A stretch of DNA of 64,000 nt from an uncultured Bdellovibrio sp. (lineage in GTDB: Bacteria; Bdellovibrionota; UBA1018), in the NCBI GenBank assembly GCA_964490895.1, contig CAZBEI010000065.1, forward strand, positions 1,192 through 65,191, given 5' to 3'. The position numbers and the translations under genes were made by a program. Shown here piece by piece: positions 63,142-64,000 of the stretch (position 1 is its first letter; every line of letters starts with the position of its first letter). The notes beneath the pieces are model-generated. The model did not search any database. It saw only the letters and a list, made by a program, of their open reading frames with translations, and was not told where the DNA came from.

Positions 63142-63416
63142 GCGATAGACTTAGACGTAAGTGTTCAAAAAGATTCAAAAAAATACCTTCAAAACCACTC
63201 TTTTGTAGCTCAAATCATGGCGAAACTCGCCGAAAAAATCCTAATCATTCTGCGGGCTGCCACAAGTCCTTGCTACACCGGTGCTACACAAACTTTTACA
63301 GAGCCATCTGACCCAGTAGAAGCGAAGCAGGCATTAGATTCTAAAAACAAAATTTCAAATCCAATAAATCAAAAAAGAAAGCGGGGAAAAAATTCTATGG
63401 ACCCGCCATAAATAAA

Positions 63417-63452
63417 AAAGCCCGGCGGGTTCTCCGACGGGCTTTTCGAAAC
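63417..63452. terminator. Bidirectional rho-independent terminator-like hairpin (A-run / GC stem / T-run)
   Basis: aaaaaGCCCGGCGGgttctCCGACGGGCttttcg: 9-bp GC-rich stem with one mismatch, flanked by A6 and T4. Confidence 0.6.
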
Positions 63453-63605
63453 TTAGTTGTCGTCAGTGTTTGGTTGCCACCGATGCTGACGGCTATCACT
63501 TTTTAATCGGAACTGCTTTTACGAGCGGTTCCTGAATATGGATACGAACGGACATCTCCATTGTTACGGGGATGTCGTTGATCCGTCAACATTTGGAGAA
63601 AATAT

Positions 63606-64000
63606 ATGGAATTACGGACAAGCCCGATCATTGCAGTCTGCACGCAAAAGGGCGGGGTGGGAAAAACTACTACCGCTATCAATCTTGCTCAAGCTCTTGC
63701 TCTTCACGATTTGAAAATTTTGCTCGTTGATCTAGATCCCCAGGGAAATGCCACTTGTGGAGTGGGTATCAAGCTCGAATCAATTCAGACTTCTGTTGCG
63801 GATTTAATTCGCGACCGGGATTTACTGGCTGAGAAAGCCATCTACAAAGGAGATGGGCTAGATATAATCCCAGCCACTCCCTATCTCGCGCGAGTGGAGC
63901 GAGAGATGGTTGGCATGACCAATAGTGAGCTTAGGCTTATGCGAAAACTCGCTCAAGTACGTGAAAAATATTCAGCAATTATTTTGGATACTCCCCCAAC
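63606..64000 (+). CDS. parA: ParA/Soj-family partitioning ATPase (5' part, continues past the window end)
   Basis: RBS GGAG. Deviant Walker A KGGVGKTTTAINLA, then DLDPQGNAT. Confidence 0.8.
   Translation, partial: MELRTSPIIAVCTQKGGVGKTTTAINLAQALALHDLKILLVDLDPQGNATCGVGIKLESIQTSVADLIRDRDLLAEKAIYKGDGLDIIPATPYLARVEREMVGMTNSELRLMRKLAQVREKYSAIILDTPP

Noticed and set aside
63082-63411. 109-aa plus-strand ORF
   Set aside because: It overlaps the tRNA-Thr fragment on the opposite strand and runs into the terminator hairpin. It has no RBS and a low-complexity K-rich tail.
1-64000. CRISPR arrays, rRNA genes, intact tRNAs, IS elements with terminal inverted repeats
   Set aside because: I scanned for regularly spaced short direct repeats, rRNA-like conserved blocks and transposase ORFs and found none. 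The only tRNA-like sequence is the 50-nt 3' fragment at 63092-63141.

Overview
This is an AT-rich (about 40% GC) Gram-negative bacterial window; most genes have Shine-Dalgarno sites and many products carry signal peptides. No CRISPR array, rRNA, intact tRNA or intact transposase is visible. Nearly the whole window (about 3.9-63.1 kb) lies between two roughly 215-bp direct repeats that are the 3' ends of truncated tyrosine-integrase genes. The right repeat is followed by a tRNA-Thr(CGT) 3' fragment, a bidirectional terminator and the start of parA. This looks like a decayed integrative island. Its cargo is mostly Cu/Mo respiratory and metal-handling genes:
- a 9-gene minus-strand operon with ApbE flavin transferase, an FMN-binding protein, a mono-heme cytochrome c lipoprotein, an outer-membrane barrel and a CBS-domain protein (possible flavin-based periplasmic redox module);
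- a UspA gene cotranscribed with an NtrC-type sigma-54 enhancer-binding response regulator, next to a PAS sensor histidine kinase;
- a class I cytochrome c and copper nitrite reductase NirK;
- carboxymuconolactone-decarboxylase (CMD/AhpD-like) genes, one followed by an in-frame fragment of a second copy;
- a PLP-dependent decarboxylase;
- a caa3-type cytochrome c oxidase (subunits II-I-III-IV, an extra subunit III and a DUF420 gene);
- phhA, hppD, hmgA and a LysR regulator;
- a complete alpha-beta-gamma-delta type II DMSO-reductase-family enzyme of the periplasmic nitrate reductase / nitrite oxidoreductase (pNAR/NXR) kind, with a Tat signal, a Cys-x3-Asp-x3-Cys first Fe-S motif and an EbdC-like haem-b gamma subunit, followed by a full molybdenum-cofactor biosynthesis set (moaA, moaC-mogA fusion, transporter, moeA, moaD, moaE, mobA, moeB-rhodanese);
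- a nitronate-monooxygenase-like gene;
- a mer-like merR | thioredoxin-merT-merP-CMD module without merA;
- cusCBA heavy-metal efflux;
- a copper-chaperone cluster (NosL-like, two YtkA/FixH-like lipoproteins, an outer-membrane barrel) flanked by three paralogous secreted proteins with a ~100-aa internally duplicated module I cannot match to any known domain.
Recurrent -24/-12 sigma-54-type promoter motifs sit upstream of uspA, the cytochrome c, nirK, the PLP-decarboxylase and two operons including the Mo-enzyme operon. Two of these promoter regions are duplicated blocks of 130-190 bp. I consider this sigma-54 wiring of an island-borne nitrogen-oxide/Cu/Mo respiratory module, the NXR/pNAR-like enzyme and the novel paralog family the most interesting content. 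All assignments are from reading the sequence and recalling family motifs; no database search was run.
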